DNA from: an uncultured Gammaproteobacteria bacterium
GTDB lineage: Bacteria > Patescibacteriota > Microgenomatia > UBA10105 > UBA927
Direction of reading: 5' to 3'
NCBI GenBank assembly: GCA_964448085.1
Contig: CAYUUX010000002.1
Coordinates: 30,519-94,518 of the forward strand
Length of the DNA: 64,000 nucleotides
Shown here piece by piece: positions 10,341 through 19,236 of this stretch; within the stretch, counting starts at the first letter, position 1; each line of letters opens with the position of its first letter. Position numbers and translations under genes: made by a program. The notes below the pieces were generated by a model. The model worked only from the letters and a program-made list of their open reading frames with translations, was not told where the DNA came from and ran no database searches.

Positions 10341-11042
10341 TTACTTAATGGTTGTACCAACAAAGGATAAATTATCCAATGCACGTTCGAGATTCTCTAG
10401 GTTTTTTCCGTCCAGAACCTTCACTGATATCGAAAGTTCTTCAGCAAGCCTTGCTGCAATTGGATCAAACGGGACATTCATTCGTGGCGTCCAAGTATTA
10501 CCCACCATTTTTCTGTAATCGCTCCAAGAAATATTTTTGATTGGTTTTGCATCAGCGCTTTGTTTTGGATCCTTGTCATAGACCTGTGTGATATTGCTTA
10601 AATTAATTACCTCTTTGATGTTATAGTCCTGACAGAGAATGACCGCATCGTAGTCAGTGCTCCACCCAGGTTTCCACCCGGCCGCTATTGCGATGGGGCG
10701 TTCGATTTTTAAAATGATTTCATAATGCTTGATTACTCTTGGATCTGCAATGTCATGGAAAATTGTCCTGACGAGTTGGGCATTTAAACGAGTGGCATGG
10801 ATACCAAGCCAATCCAGGTCGTCGTTGGTCAAGTCGTGGCCAACAACATCTTTTCCGGCATTAATGAATTTTCCCGCTGTCTCTCCTCCACCAACGACTA
10901 TAAAAAATCTCCGTTTTTTTTCGGAGACCTGATTTCGTATAAATGCGTTGAATGCTTTTAAAAATTGGGTATCAATTCCCCCATTGGGTACTATGAGCGA
11001 TCCACCGAGAGATAACACAAATGCCTGTTCGTTTGAGCTCAT
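10341..11042 (-). CDS. pyrH: UMP kinase, archaeal-type (amino acid kinase family)
   Basis: 233 aa. FVLSLGGSLIVP...FFIVVGGGETAGKFI...LGIHATRLNAQLV...VYDKDPK closely parallels archaeal PyrH (COG0528-like) and not the bacterial hexameric UMPK. Confidence 0.75.
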   Translation of the reverse strand: MSSNEQAFVLSLGGSLIVPNGGIDTQFLKAFNAFIRNQVSEKKRRFFIVVGGGETAGKFINAGKDVVGHDLTNDDLDWLGIHATRLNAQLVRTIFHDIADPRVIKHYEIILKIERPIAIAAGWKPGWSTDYDAVILCQDYNIKEVINLSNITQVYDKDPKQSADAKPIKNISWSDYRKMVGNTWTPRMNVPFDPIAARLAEELSISVKVLDGKNLENLERALDNLSFVGTTIK

Positions 11043-11096
11043 AAGTATATCAAGCGCAGAAAACCATCATGCGTGTTGCCTTGTATCATAAACGAG

Positions 11097-12218
11097 TCAT
11101 GGTAATTTTGTCAAACCACGGGCGTGCGAAGCAACAAACGCTTTTATTTGTTTTTGAAAAGCAGCTTTTGTAAATTTCTTTGCTTGTGTCTTACACGCTT
11201 TTTCCCAATTGTTTTTCTTTTGTATGAACTCAGCGATTGTTGTCATGAGCGCTTCTTTGGTTAATTCATAAAAAAACATCCCCGTTTCCCCCTCAATAAC
11301 GGTTTCGATAACGCCGCCAGAATGATACGCAAGGACAGGTGTTCCCGTGGCCATGGTTTCAACGGGAAGAATACCGAAATCCTCATCTTCAGATGGAAAA
11401 ATAAAAGCTCTGGCTTGTTTTAAATAACGCCATTTTTCTTGGTCAGTTATTTCTCCTAGAAATTCAACAGAAGGACCAGCGATTTTTTTAAGTTTTTCCC
11501 CATATCCCGCAAATCCCGCTCCAAACACCTTTAATGGAATCCGCATTGTTGTACAGGCGGCTATTGCCAAATCAATATGTTTTGCCTGCGCGAGTCTTCC
11601 ACCGGCGAGAAAGTAGTTTTGTTTTTTTAGCGGAAGCGTACCCGTTGGCTCGTTAACCGGTGGATAGAGCACAAGCGCTTCTTTCCTATAAAATTTTTTT
11701 ATGCGTTTGGCAACCTCATGAGAATTGGCAATAAAATAATCAACGTTTTGACTTGCCAAAACATCGGTGTTGCGCAAGAAATGATTCGCCACCTCTCCCA
11801 ATAACCGTACAATAAGATTCTGTTTCCAACTTCTTGCTGTTGCATAGCCATACAGATATCTTGGTGGTGTATGACAATAGCATATGTGGGTAGCCGATCC
11901 CTTGTGAATCATGTTCGATTGATATGCACCTGTGGCGGAAACAATAACGACATCGAAATTTGAAAAGTCCATAGAGCGAAAAACCGAAGGAGCCAATAAT
12001 CGCAAAGGGCTAATGAGTTTTTCCTTCCACGGAATATATTGGAGCCACGAAGGACGAATGTCCCATGATAGAAATCGGTTTTTGTGTGGACCGAGGAATT
12101 TTGGACAATATACAGTTGTAAATACTGGGGCATCAGGGAAAAGTTCATGGAGGGCCTCCAGCACTCGTTCTGCTCCCCCATACTCTTTAATATAGTCGTG
12201 AACCAGTGCTATTTTCAT
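11097..12218 (-). CDS. glycosyltransferase family 4 (GT-B)
   Basis: C-terminal FPSEDEDFGILPVETMATGTPVLAYHSGGVIETV, an E-x7-E type GT4 motif. Confidence 0.8.
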   Translation of the reverse strand: MKIALVHDYIKEYGGAERVLEALHELFPDAPVFTTVYCPKFLGPHKNRFLSWDIRPSWLQYIPWKEKLISPLRLLAPSVFRSMDFSNFDVVIVSATGAYQSNMIHKGSATHICYCHTPPRYLYGYATARSWKQNLIVRLLGEVANHFLRNTDVLASQNVDYFIANSHEVAKRIKKFYRKEALVLYPPVNEPTGTLPLKKQNYFLAGGRLAQAKHIDLAIAACTTMRIPLKVFGAGFAGYGEKLKKIAGPSVEFLGEITDQEKWRYLKQARAFIFPSEDEDFGILPVETMATGTPVLAYHSGGVIETVIEGETGMFFYELTKEALMTTIAEFIQKKNNWEKACKTQAKKFTKAAFQKQIKAFVASHARGLTKLP

Positions 12219-12225
12219 ATGTATA

Positions 12226-13173
12226 TTATATCAATGACATCTGTTCATCGATGGTTTTTTTCAATTCCCCCCTTTTGATGTTTGAGGATTGTTTGCCCGG
12301 CTCTATGGACGCTTGCAATCTCTTTATAAGGGAATGGAATCCCAGGTGTTGTAATATGTTGATGACGGCACCCGCTGAAAACTGTTGTATCAAAATCGGT
12401 TTGATCGATGTTTGGATTCTTATGTCTTGCTTTATGGTGGCGAGTGTTTTAGAAAGCATTGCCAGATTTTTATGTAAGATTAATTTGTCCTTTATTTTCT
12501 GCGAGAACGATGTATCTCTTTCGATATTTTCATAGATGTTTTCAATTGTAGAGTATCGCGTTAATAGATCCACAGCGGTTTTGGGTCCTATTCCTGGTAC
12601 TCCCGGATAATTATCCGATTGGTCTCCTGCAAGCGCCTTATAATCAGGTATTTGCGTTGGTTTTACTCCGAGACGCTCCTGAGTTTCTGAAACCCCATAT
12701 AATTTCGCTTCAGAAAGCCCTTTGGTTGGCATATATACTTTTGTGGTCTTGGTTGCGAGTTGTAAAATATCCTTATCCCCCGTAACAATAATTATTTGAT
12801 CAACCTTTTTGGAAAACTTTTTGCATAACGATCCGATTATATCGTCAGCCTCGAATCCGTCCCTTTCGCAGATAGGAACCTGCATTGCAGACACAATTTC
12901 GTGGATAAGGGGTATTTGATTTGCTAGTCCATCATCCATTTTGGGACGTTTTATTTGATAGTCTGCATAAAGTTTTTTTCTGAACGTCGGTTTTGGTCTG
13001 TCAAAAGTTACCACGAGATGGGTTGGGGTCAGATCGGTTACGAGTCGAAGAAGCATGGAGGTAAAACCATACGCTGCATTTACAAGGGTTCCGTCGGGTG
13101 CGGTAAGAGGAGGAAGCGCATGAAACGCACGATGTAATATTGCGTTTCCATCAATAATGATAAGTCGATTCAC
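12226..13173 (-). CDS. standalone 5'-3' exonuclease / flap endonuclease (Pol I N-terminal domain homolog)
   Basis: LIIIDGNAILHRAFHAL, GFEADDIIGSL and the H3TH segment YPGVPGIGPKTA. 315 aa with no polymerase domain. Confidence 0.8.
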   Translation of the reverse strand: MNRLIIIDGNAILHRAFHALPPLTAPDGTLVNAAYGFTSMLLRLVTDLTPTHLVVTFDRPKPTFRKKLYADYQIKRPKMDDGLANQIPLIHEIVSAMQVPICERDGFEADDIIGSLCKKFSKKVDQIIIVTGDKDILQLATKTTKVYMPTKGLSEAKLYGVSETQERLGVKPTQIPDYKALAGDQSDNYPGVPGIGPKTAVDLLTRYSTIENIYENIERDTSFSQKIKDKLILHKNLAMLSKTLATIKQDIRIQTSIKPILIQQFSAGAVINILQHLGFHSLIKRLQASIEPGKQSSNIKRGELKKTIDEQMSLI

Positions 13174-13187
13174 GGTGCTTAAAAAAA

Positions 13188-15071
13188 TTAAGAATTTTTT
13201 ATGAGTTCTTCAAACTCCTCCCCTTCCAGGGTTTCTCTTTTTACGAGTTCTTTCGTGATAAGATCCAGCTGCTTCTTGTGTTTTTTAAGAATAAAGATTG
13301 CTGTTTCATATCCCTCAAATACAAGTTTTTGAATTTCTCCATCGATTTTTCCGAGCATTTCAGGAGAAATTTGTTGTTGATCCATCAGTGATTTTCCCCA
13401 TTCGGTGACGTCAACATTTGGGCCGAAGTTTATTGGGCCAAGCGAGCTCATTCCGAATTCCATGACCATGTATCGCGCTATACGCGTTGCTTGATCGATG
13501 TCATTCGCAGCGCCACTTGTTATATCCTTATAGAGCAATTCTTCTGCGGCTCGTCCACCCATCATGGTCGCGATTTGATGTATGAGGTGAGATTTTGTTT
13601 CATGAAGCCTATCTTTTTCCGGAGGGGTCAGGGTATATCCAAGTGCCATACCTCGGGAAATAATAGAAATACGGTGTACCCGATCCATGTCGCCAAGATA
13701 ATAATTTACCACCGCATGTCCCGCTTCGTGTCCAGCAGTCATTCGTCTGTCTTGGTCACTTTGGAGCCTCTTTTTTTCCGGTCCCAATTTGACTTTGGTT
13801 GCAGACTCCTCAATATCCTCATGCGAAATTTCTTTTTTATTGTTTCTCGCAGCGTGAATTGCCGACTCATTCAGCATGTTTTCAAGGTCGGCTCCAGAAA
13901 ATCCAACAGTTCTTTTTGCAACCTTATCCCAATTCACTATTTTCGAAAAAGGTTTTCCTTTTGCATGAATAAGAAGAATTGATTTTCTTCCTTCCATATC
14001 GGGAAGGTCGAGCGTAACTCGTCGATCAAATCGGCCCGGCCTCGTCAAGGCGGGATCGAGTAAATCTCCCCTGTTGGTTGCCGCAACAACGAGTACGGCG
14101 GTGTTTGGTTCGAATCCGTCCATTTCTACAAGTATTTGGTTAAGCGTTTGTTCTCGTTCGTCGTGCCCGCCCATCGCGCCAACGGATCGCATGCGTCCTA
14201 TTGCATCGATTTCGTCAATGAAAATGATTGCTGGAGCAGTTTTTTTCGCGGTTGCGAAGAGATCACGTACCCGTGCAGCTCCGACACCAACAAGCATTTC
14301 CATAAACTCACTTCCCGCTATCGAATAAAAAGGGACTTTTGCCTCCCCCGCCATGGCTTTGGCCAGCAGGGTTTTTCCTGTTCCGCTTGGACCAACGAGT
14401 ATCACACCTTTTGGTGTGCGAGCACCGAGGGCTTTATATTTAGCGGGATTTTTTAAAAAATCGACGATTTCTACAACTTCGTTTTTTGCCTCATCAACAC
14501 CAGCAACATCCGCAAAAGTAATTTTAGGAAGATCTTTATTCCACAATTTGGCTTTACTTTGGCCAAATGAAAAAACGCTATCCTGCGCACCACGAGCCTG
14601 TCGAAACAGAAAAAGAAAAAAGACAACGGTCAGTACCAGTGGGAGCACGTTGGATAGGATGCCCATCCATATTTGGCTTGCATTCAGATCTTTTACTTTA
14701 ATTTCAATGGTTTTTGGATCAACGCCCGTGTCTTCAAGGAGTTTATATAGTGAATCTTGAGGCTCTTTATGCGTAATGACTTTTTTTCCGTCTTTATACA
14801 CAGCAGTGAGTTTCGTATCCTCCACCTCAATTGTTTGGATTTTATTATCTTTAATGTCCGATATCACTAGGGTAAACGGCTGTTCTGGTGTGGTTGCCGC
14901 TCCACCAGTTATATTTCCGAGAACTGAAAAGACAACGAAAATAATGAGCAACCCCGTGATGATATTCTTCAGATTTATATTCAATCGAAGTTCAAACATC
15001 TTCTTTGATTTTTTTGTTCCGTTTGTGGACACCCTTTTCTCTTGTTGCGAGGAATATTTTTTTGTTGTCAT
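13188..15071 (-). CDS. ftsH: ATP-dependent zinc metalloprotease FtsH
   Basis: N-terminal TM helices. AAA+ Walker [14 protein letters not shown], second region of homology, HEAGHAVV zinc motif. 627 aa. Confidence 0.9.
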   Translation of the reverse strand: MTTKKYSSQQEKRVSTNGTKKSKKMFELRLNINLKNIITGLLIIFVVFSVLGNITGGAATTPEQPFTLVISDIKDNKIQTIEVEDTKLTAVYKDGKKVITHKEPQDSLYKLLEDTGVDPKTIEIKVKDLNASQIWMGILSNVLPLVLTVVFFLFLFRQARGAQDSVFSFGQSKAKLWNKDLPKITFADVAGVDEAKNEVVEIVDFLKNPAKYKALGARTPKGVILVGPSGTGKTLLAKAMAGEAKVPFYSIAGSEFMEMLVGVGAARVRDLFATAKKTAPAIIFIDEIDAIGRMRSVGAMGGHDEREQTLNQILVEMDGFEPNTAVLVVAATNRGDLLDPALTRPGRFDRRVTLDLPDMEGRKSILLIHAKGKPFSKIVNWDKVAKRTVGFSGADLENMLNESAIHAARNNKKEISHEDIEESATKVKLGPEKKRLQSDQDRRMTAGHEAGHAVVNYYLGDMDRVHRISIISRGMALGYTLTPPEKDRLHETKSHLIHQIATMMGGRAAEELLYKDITSGAANDIDQATRIARYMVMEFGMSSLGPINFGPNVDVTEWGKSLMDQQQISPEMLGKIDGEIQKLVFEGYETAIFILKKHKKQLDLITKELVKRETLEGEEFEELIKNS

Positions 15072-15134
15072 ATCGAGAATAGCTTGATGATACTTACAAT
15101 TTCAATAGTGTAGTATACCACGGAATTTAAATAC

Positions 15135-16052
15135 TTGACAGAGCGCCATGGGAACGGTATTGTCTTTGCTATGCGCATTCCACACCATGTATTTGCCCCT
15201 TCTACTTCTGGTTATCCCATCATTGGTTTTCAATCGAAAGAAACACGTGCGCTTACCGTGGGGTATATTCATAAACGGGGGAAAAAGGAAACGTTTATTC
15301 CCTGTCGGGAGCATTTTGGAGCCCTTCGTGAGGAGGACGCGTTTTCGGCAACCGTACAATCGTTATCCCTTTCTCCCATTCAAAAAATGTTACACGCTCA
15401 CGATCCCTATACCATCTCGACCATAACTATTTTACGGGAAACGGTTGCGTGTCGGCTTTCAAGTGCGCTTTTTTATGCAGGTATACCCGCGCACTACGGG
15501 GACTGTTTTATTGGAGCAAATCATGTTAAGTCTGCAACAAGCATCACAACATCATATGCGTATGAAAATACTGAAGGATTGTGCACAGATGGGTGTTGGG
15601 TTATTGCTGATAGCATTGCCTCGGGCAAAAATTTAATAGCCACCCTTCGTTCTTTATTAGGAAAATATCATCCCAAAGAACTTATTTTTATTGTTCCCAT
15701 CGGTAATCGGTGGGGCATTAATGAAGTCAGTAGGGTTGTTGCAGACTATTCCGTACCCACTACGTTTGTTGTTTGGGGAGCGTTGTTTGGTTTAAATCCG
15801 GAAAATCACTACGACGAACCATGGGGGCTTCCAGACTGTGAACCTATTGATAAACGAGACCAACAAACGTTTGTTTCTATGTATTCTCCAACCCTATGTG
15901 TTGGTGGAGATTTTGGTAACGATTACTATTGTGTGGCGTTGGCAAAGAACTTATATAAAAAACAACTTGCAGATCTGCATATAACACCCAACATTCCCAC
16001 CGCAAAATTTATCCGATCGGTATACGCTTCAGAAGAAATCCTCACACGATAA
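15135..16052 (+). CDS. hypothetical protein with a possible phosphoribosyltransferase-like (PRTase) fold
   Basis: 305 aa with no clear family. The segment CWVIADSIASGKNLIATL resembles the PRPP-binding loop pattern (hydrophobic-D-x-hydrophobic-x-S/T-G) of type I PRTases. This is inference only. Confidence 0.3.
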   Translation: MTERHGNGIVFAMRIPHHVFAPSTSGYPIIGFQSKETRALTVGYIHKRGKKETFIPCREHFGALREEDAFSATVQSLSLSPIQKMLHAHDPYTISTITILRETVACRLSSALFYAGIPAHYGDCFIGANHVKSATSITTSYAYENTEGLCTDGCWVIADSIASGKNLIATLRSLLGKYHPKELIFIVPIGNRWGINEVSRVVADYSVPTTFVVWGALFGLNPENHYDEPWGLPDCEPIDKRDQQTFVSMYSPTLCVGGDFGNDYYCVALAKNLYKKQLADLHITPNIPTAKFIRSVYASEEILTR

Positions 16053-16056
16053 GCCG

Positions 16057-17454
16057 TTATCGGCTTTGGGATCCTAGAGGAAAGGTGTTTGTTTCAATAA
16101 ACAGTGGCCTTCCTTCTGTGTCGTCTACTGCCACTATCATTCCCTGAGATTCTTCTCCCATTATTTTTCTATATTGCAAATTGAAAACAAAGAGAAATTT
16201 TTTGCCGGTGAAATACTCTGCGGCATACCCAAACTGTCTGACTCCAGTGAATATGATCCGTTTTCCTAATTCCCCAAAATTAACATGGAGCCGGATCAAT
16301 TTTTCACTTTTCTCAACGTGTTCTGCTGATTCAACTTGCCCAACCCGCATTTCCACGTTGTACCAATCGTCAATTGTGATGGTTGTTTTTTTACTTGTAG
16401 GAACGGAGTAGGCATTAGTTATACCTGTCAAATTTTTAACCTCTTGTAACGTTGATTCTGCATATCTCATGGCTTGTTCTTTCCCACGAGAAAGAATCTC
16501 CTTTATATATTCGGGATGCTTCTGCATTTCCTTATATTGTTTTCGTGCCGGTGCAAAATGCTGTAGGAGCGATTGATATAAATATTCCTTTACTTCTATA
16601 TCCGCTATTTCTCCCCTCTTATATGCTTGTTTCATTTGCTGTACCTTTTCCTTATCACCAAAAAATTCCAGATATACAAAAACCATGTTTCCATCAATGT
16701 GACCGGGATCCGTTTTATGAATACGGGTTGGATCTGTATATGTTCCCATCACCTGTTTTTTGATGGTTTCTTCTGTTTCAAAAATGCTAATAATATTGCC
16801 TAAAGACTTACTCATTTTTCGTTTTCCATCGGTACCAAGTATTGTTGCAACGTTTTTTGAAATGAGTGGATCGGATAATTTAAAGCATGATGTGTTGTAG
16901 GTTCGGTTAAACAGTTGTGCAATATCTCTGGCAATTTCGACATGTTGTTTTTGATCTTTTCCTACCGGAACGAGGTCGGGTTTATATAAAAGAATGTCAG
17001 CCGCCATGAGAATTGGATAACTAAATAGACCGACGTTAATAGTATCCTCAGCGGTGTCTTTTTGGAGTTTATCCTTATATGCATGCGCCCGTTTTAACAA
17101 CCCAAGTGGAGTAAAATTATTGAGAATTGTTTGTAGTTCTGAATGGAGCCCCCCGATGTCGGATTGTCTAAAAAAGATAAGTCGATCGAATTCTTCTGGT
17201 TCCAAAAAACCTTTCAAGAGAGCGAGTTCGCTAAGTATCAATGTTTCTGTGTTCCTTTGTAATTTATCTTTATTCTGAACAGTTGTCAGTGCGTGATAGT
17301 CAGCCACAAAAAGAAAGCACTCATGTGTGTGTGCCATGTCAATAAATTGTTTGACTGCTCCTAGGTAGTTGCCGATATGGAGAGTGCCATCACCACTTGG
17401 TGTTATACCAGATAAAACTCGTTTCATAGTTATTCCTTTCATATATTGTATCAT
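16057..17454 (-). CDS. trpS: tryptophanyl-tRNA synthetase with C-terminal Trbp111/EMAPII-like tRNA-binding domain
   Basis: Class I core with TPSGDGTLHIGNYLGA (HIGH-type) and KMSKSLGN. About 110 extra C-terminal residues (VGQVESAEHV...LIRLHVNFGE...ESQGMIVAV) match the Myf/Trbp111 OB-fold tRNA-binding domain. Confidence 0.8.
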   Translation of the reverse strand: MIQYMKGITMKRVLSGITPSGDGTLHIGNYLGAVKQFIDMAHTHECFLFVADYHALTTVQNKDKLQRNTETLILSELALLKGFLEPEEFDRLIFFRQSDIGGLHSELQTILNNFTPLGLLKRAHAYKDKLQKDTAEDTINVGLFSYPILMAADILLYKPDLVPVGKDQKQHVEIARDIAQLFNRTYNTSCFKLSDPLISKNVATILGTDGKRKMSKSLGNIISIFETEETIKKQVMGTYTDPTRIHKTDPGHIDGNMVFVYLEFFGDKEKVQQMKQAYKRGEIADIEVKEYLYQSLLQHFAPARKQYKEMQKHPEYIKEILSRGKEQAMRYAESTLQEVKNLTGITNAYSVPTSKKTTITIDDWYNVEMRVGQVESAEHVEKSEKLIRLHVNFGELGKRIIFTGVRQFGYAAEYFTGKKFLFVFNLQYRKIMGEESQGMIVAVDDTEGRPLFIETNTFPLGSQSR

Positions 17455-17492
17455 TTGTATTTTTTCTATAGATATGTTTGTTTTATCTTCTG

Positions 17493-18839
17493 CTATTGCA
17501 ATGAACCGTTCAAAAATTTTTCATACCCTCCGAGATCTAGCAAACCGTGTCCGGACAGATTAAAACAAATTACCTTTTTGTTCCCTTGCTTTCGAGCGCG
17601 AATAGCTTCATCAATTACTGCCTTGATCGCGTGTGCACTTTCTGGAGCCGGAATTATTCCCTCTGCTTTCATAAAACAATGCGCGGCTTCAAAAATTTCT
17701 TTTTGAGAATACGCACGAGCACGCGTAATTCCACGCGTGTTTAAGAATGACAAAATTGGTGCATTTCCATGGTATCGCAGCCCCCCAGCGTGAATTACGG
17801 CAGGAATGAACGATGCGCCCAGCGTCTGCATTTTAAGCAGCGGCGTTTGTTTTGCCGCGTCACCAAAATCATATTTGTATTCCCCTTTGGTCATTTTTGG
17901 ACAGGCACTGGATTCAACGAGTATGCAATCAAGACTTGTGCGTTCTCCTGAGATTTTTTTAATAATAAATGGTGCCATAAACCCAAACGCATTGCTTCCT
18001 CCACCAACACACCCAATCAACACATCTGGATATTCTCCAAGGTGTTTAAATTGTTCTTCTACCTCCTGTCCAATAATGGTTTGATGCATGAGTACGTGAT
18101 TTAATACGCTTCCCAAAGCATAACGTGCTGTTTTGTCGTCCCGAATTGTTTCCAGGGCCTCAGCTATGGCGATCCCAAGGCTTCCGGGATGCTGCGGACG
18201 TTCGTTTAACAGATGTTTTCCGAATGCCGTTTGATTTGAAGGACTTGCAAATACGTTTGCACCAAACAACTGCATGATCGTTTTTCTATACGGTTTTTGT
18301 TCATAGGAAGAACGGACCATAAATATGGAGCACCGTACATCAAAAAATTTACATGCTAGTGCTAACGCTGACCCCCATTGACCAGCGCCAGTTTCCGTAA
18401 TGAGTCGTTTAACACCTTCTTGTTTGTTGTAATACGCTTGAGGAATTGCCGTATTGATCTTATGGCTTCCAGAGATGGTTGCGCCTTCATTTTTAAAATA
18501 GATATGCGCAGGGGTTTGGAGCACCTGTTCCAGACGGGTTGCACGGACAAGTGGCGTTGGTCGAAATGTCATATAGATGTTTCTGACTGCATTGGGAATT
18601 TCAACTTTTTCCTCAAGCGTTAATTCTTGTTTAGCGATTTCCTTTGGGAAAAGCCCACACAGATCCTTCATGGTTATGGGTTTGTTTGTTGCCGGATTGA
18701 GATGCGGATCTGGCAAACTCCCCACATATTTTTTGAGGTAATAGTTTATATTGAGATAGTGTGTTGGTGTTTGCACCGAACATTGATTTCCTTTTGTCAT
18801 AGTAGATCCTTTATAAAAATTTTTTGTACACATTGACAT
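17493..18839 (-). CDS. trpB: tryptophan synthase beta chain-like protein, TrpB2 (long) type
   Basis: 448 aa. PLP lysine motif ISGSHKINTAI and GCVGGGSNAFGFMAPF. The length fits the archaeal-like TrpB2 subfamily. No trpA is adjacent. Confidence 0.75.
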   Translation of the reverse strand: MSMCTKNFYKGSTMTKGNQCSVQTPTHYLNINYYLKKYVGSLPDPHLNPATNKPITMKDLCGLFPKEIAKQELTLEEKVEIPNAVRNIYMTFRPTPLVRATRLEQVLQTPAHIYFKNEGATISGSHKINTAIPQAYYNKQEGVKRLITETGAGQWGSALALACKFFDVRCSIFMVRSSYEQKPYRKTIMQLFGANVFASPSNQTAFGKHLLNERPQHPGSLGIAIAEALETIRDDKTARYALGSVLNHVLMHQTIIGQEVEEQFKHLGEYPDVLIGCVGGGSNAFGFMAPFIIKKISGERTSLDCILVESSACPKMTKGEYKYDFGDAAKQTPLLKMQTLGASFIPAVIHAGGLRYHGNAPILSFLNTRGITRARAYSQKEIFEAAHCFMKAEGIIPAPESAHAIKAVIDEAIRARKQGNKKVICFNLSGHGLLDLGGYEKFLNGSLQ

Positions 18840-18892
18840 ATGACTGTTTTTGCCAGTATTTCCCCCTTGTCATACTTTGTTGATAGTTCATA

Positions 18893-18965
18893 GGCAGGAG
18901 CATCAGGATTTGAACCTGAAATGAGGATTTTGGAGATCCCCGTGATACCGTTTCACTATGCTCCT
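18893..18965 (-). tRNA. tRNA-Trp (anticodon CCA)
   Basis: Hand-folded cloverleaf on the minus strand: 7-bp acceptor AGGAGCA/TGCTCCT, D-loop with GG, anticodon loop CTCCAAA, T-arm TCAGG-TTCAAAT-CCTGA, discriminator G. CC is encoded, the terminal A is not. Confidence 0.8.
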
Positions 18966-18977
18966 AAACGACAAAAA

Positions 18978-19015
18978 CCCGTACAGAACACCAAGATATT
19001 GTTGTTCTGTACGGG
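18978..19015. terminator. perfect 13-bp stem / 12-nt loop hairpin flanked by A-run and T-run (bidirectional intrinsic-terminator-like)
   Basis: cccgtacagaaca-[ccaagatattgt]-tgttctgtacggg, then cctttattt on plus and tttttgt on minus. Lies 12 nt upstream of the tRNA-Trp 5' end. Confidence 0.5.
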
Positions 19016-19236
19016 CCTTTATTTGAGATTCGGCTGTGCCACCGTACGCTTCCCTTTCGGGACTTTTCTTGACGCACTCCGTTTTTACGACATGCGTTCC
19101 TGACTTTTACGGTTTCGGCTCCGTACCTGATTGGGGTCAGCTTCCCGGTTCCATCCTTCCGGATCAGCGCTTTCTAAACATACATAGTATACCATACGCT
19201 GTCCAGCGGTAGAGCTATAGTAGGAAACTATTGTTA

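Noticed and set aside
13491-15087. Several 100-160-aa ORFs on the plus strand inside ftsH, and similar antisense or shifted-frame ORFs throughout (for example 361..645, 3827..4177, 30329..32173, 45553..45928)
   Set aside because: They lie wholly within well-supported genes, on the opposite strand or in a shifted frame. Their low-complexity compositions (Ser/Cys/Arg-rich) are typical of spurious antisense ORFs in AT-moderate DNA.
19040-19075. RNase P RNA P4-like GAAAAGTCCCG string (minus strand)
   Set aside because: The gene-free region is only about 270 nt. That is too short for RNase P RNA, and no matching GGAAAGUCCGGGCUCC or 3' ACAGAACCCGGCUUA partner segments are present.
19140-19200. SRP (4.5S) RNA-like UCC-GGAA-GGA tetraloop motif on the minus strand (GATCCGGAAGGATGG)
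   Set aside because: The 3' side reads GGATGGAACC and not the conserved GGAAGCAGCC, so the domain IV symmetric and asymmetric loops are not reproduced. Retained only as part of the generic candidate-ncRNA region.
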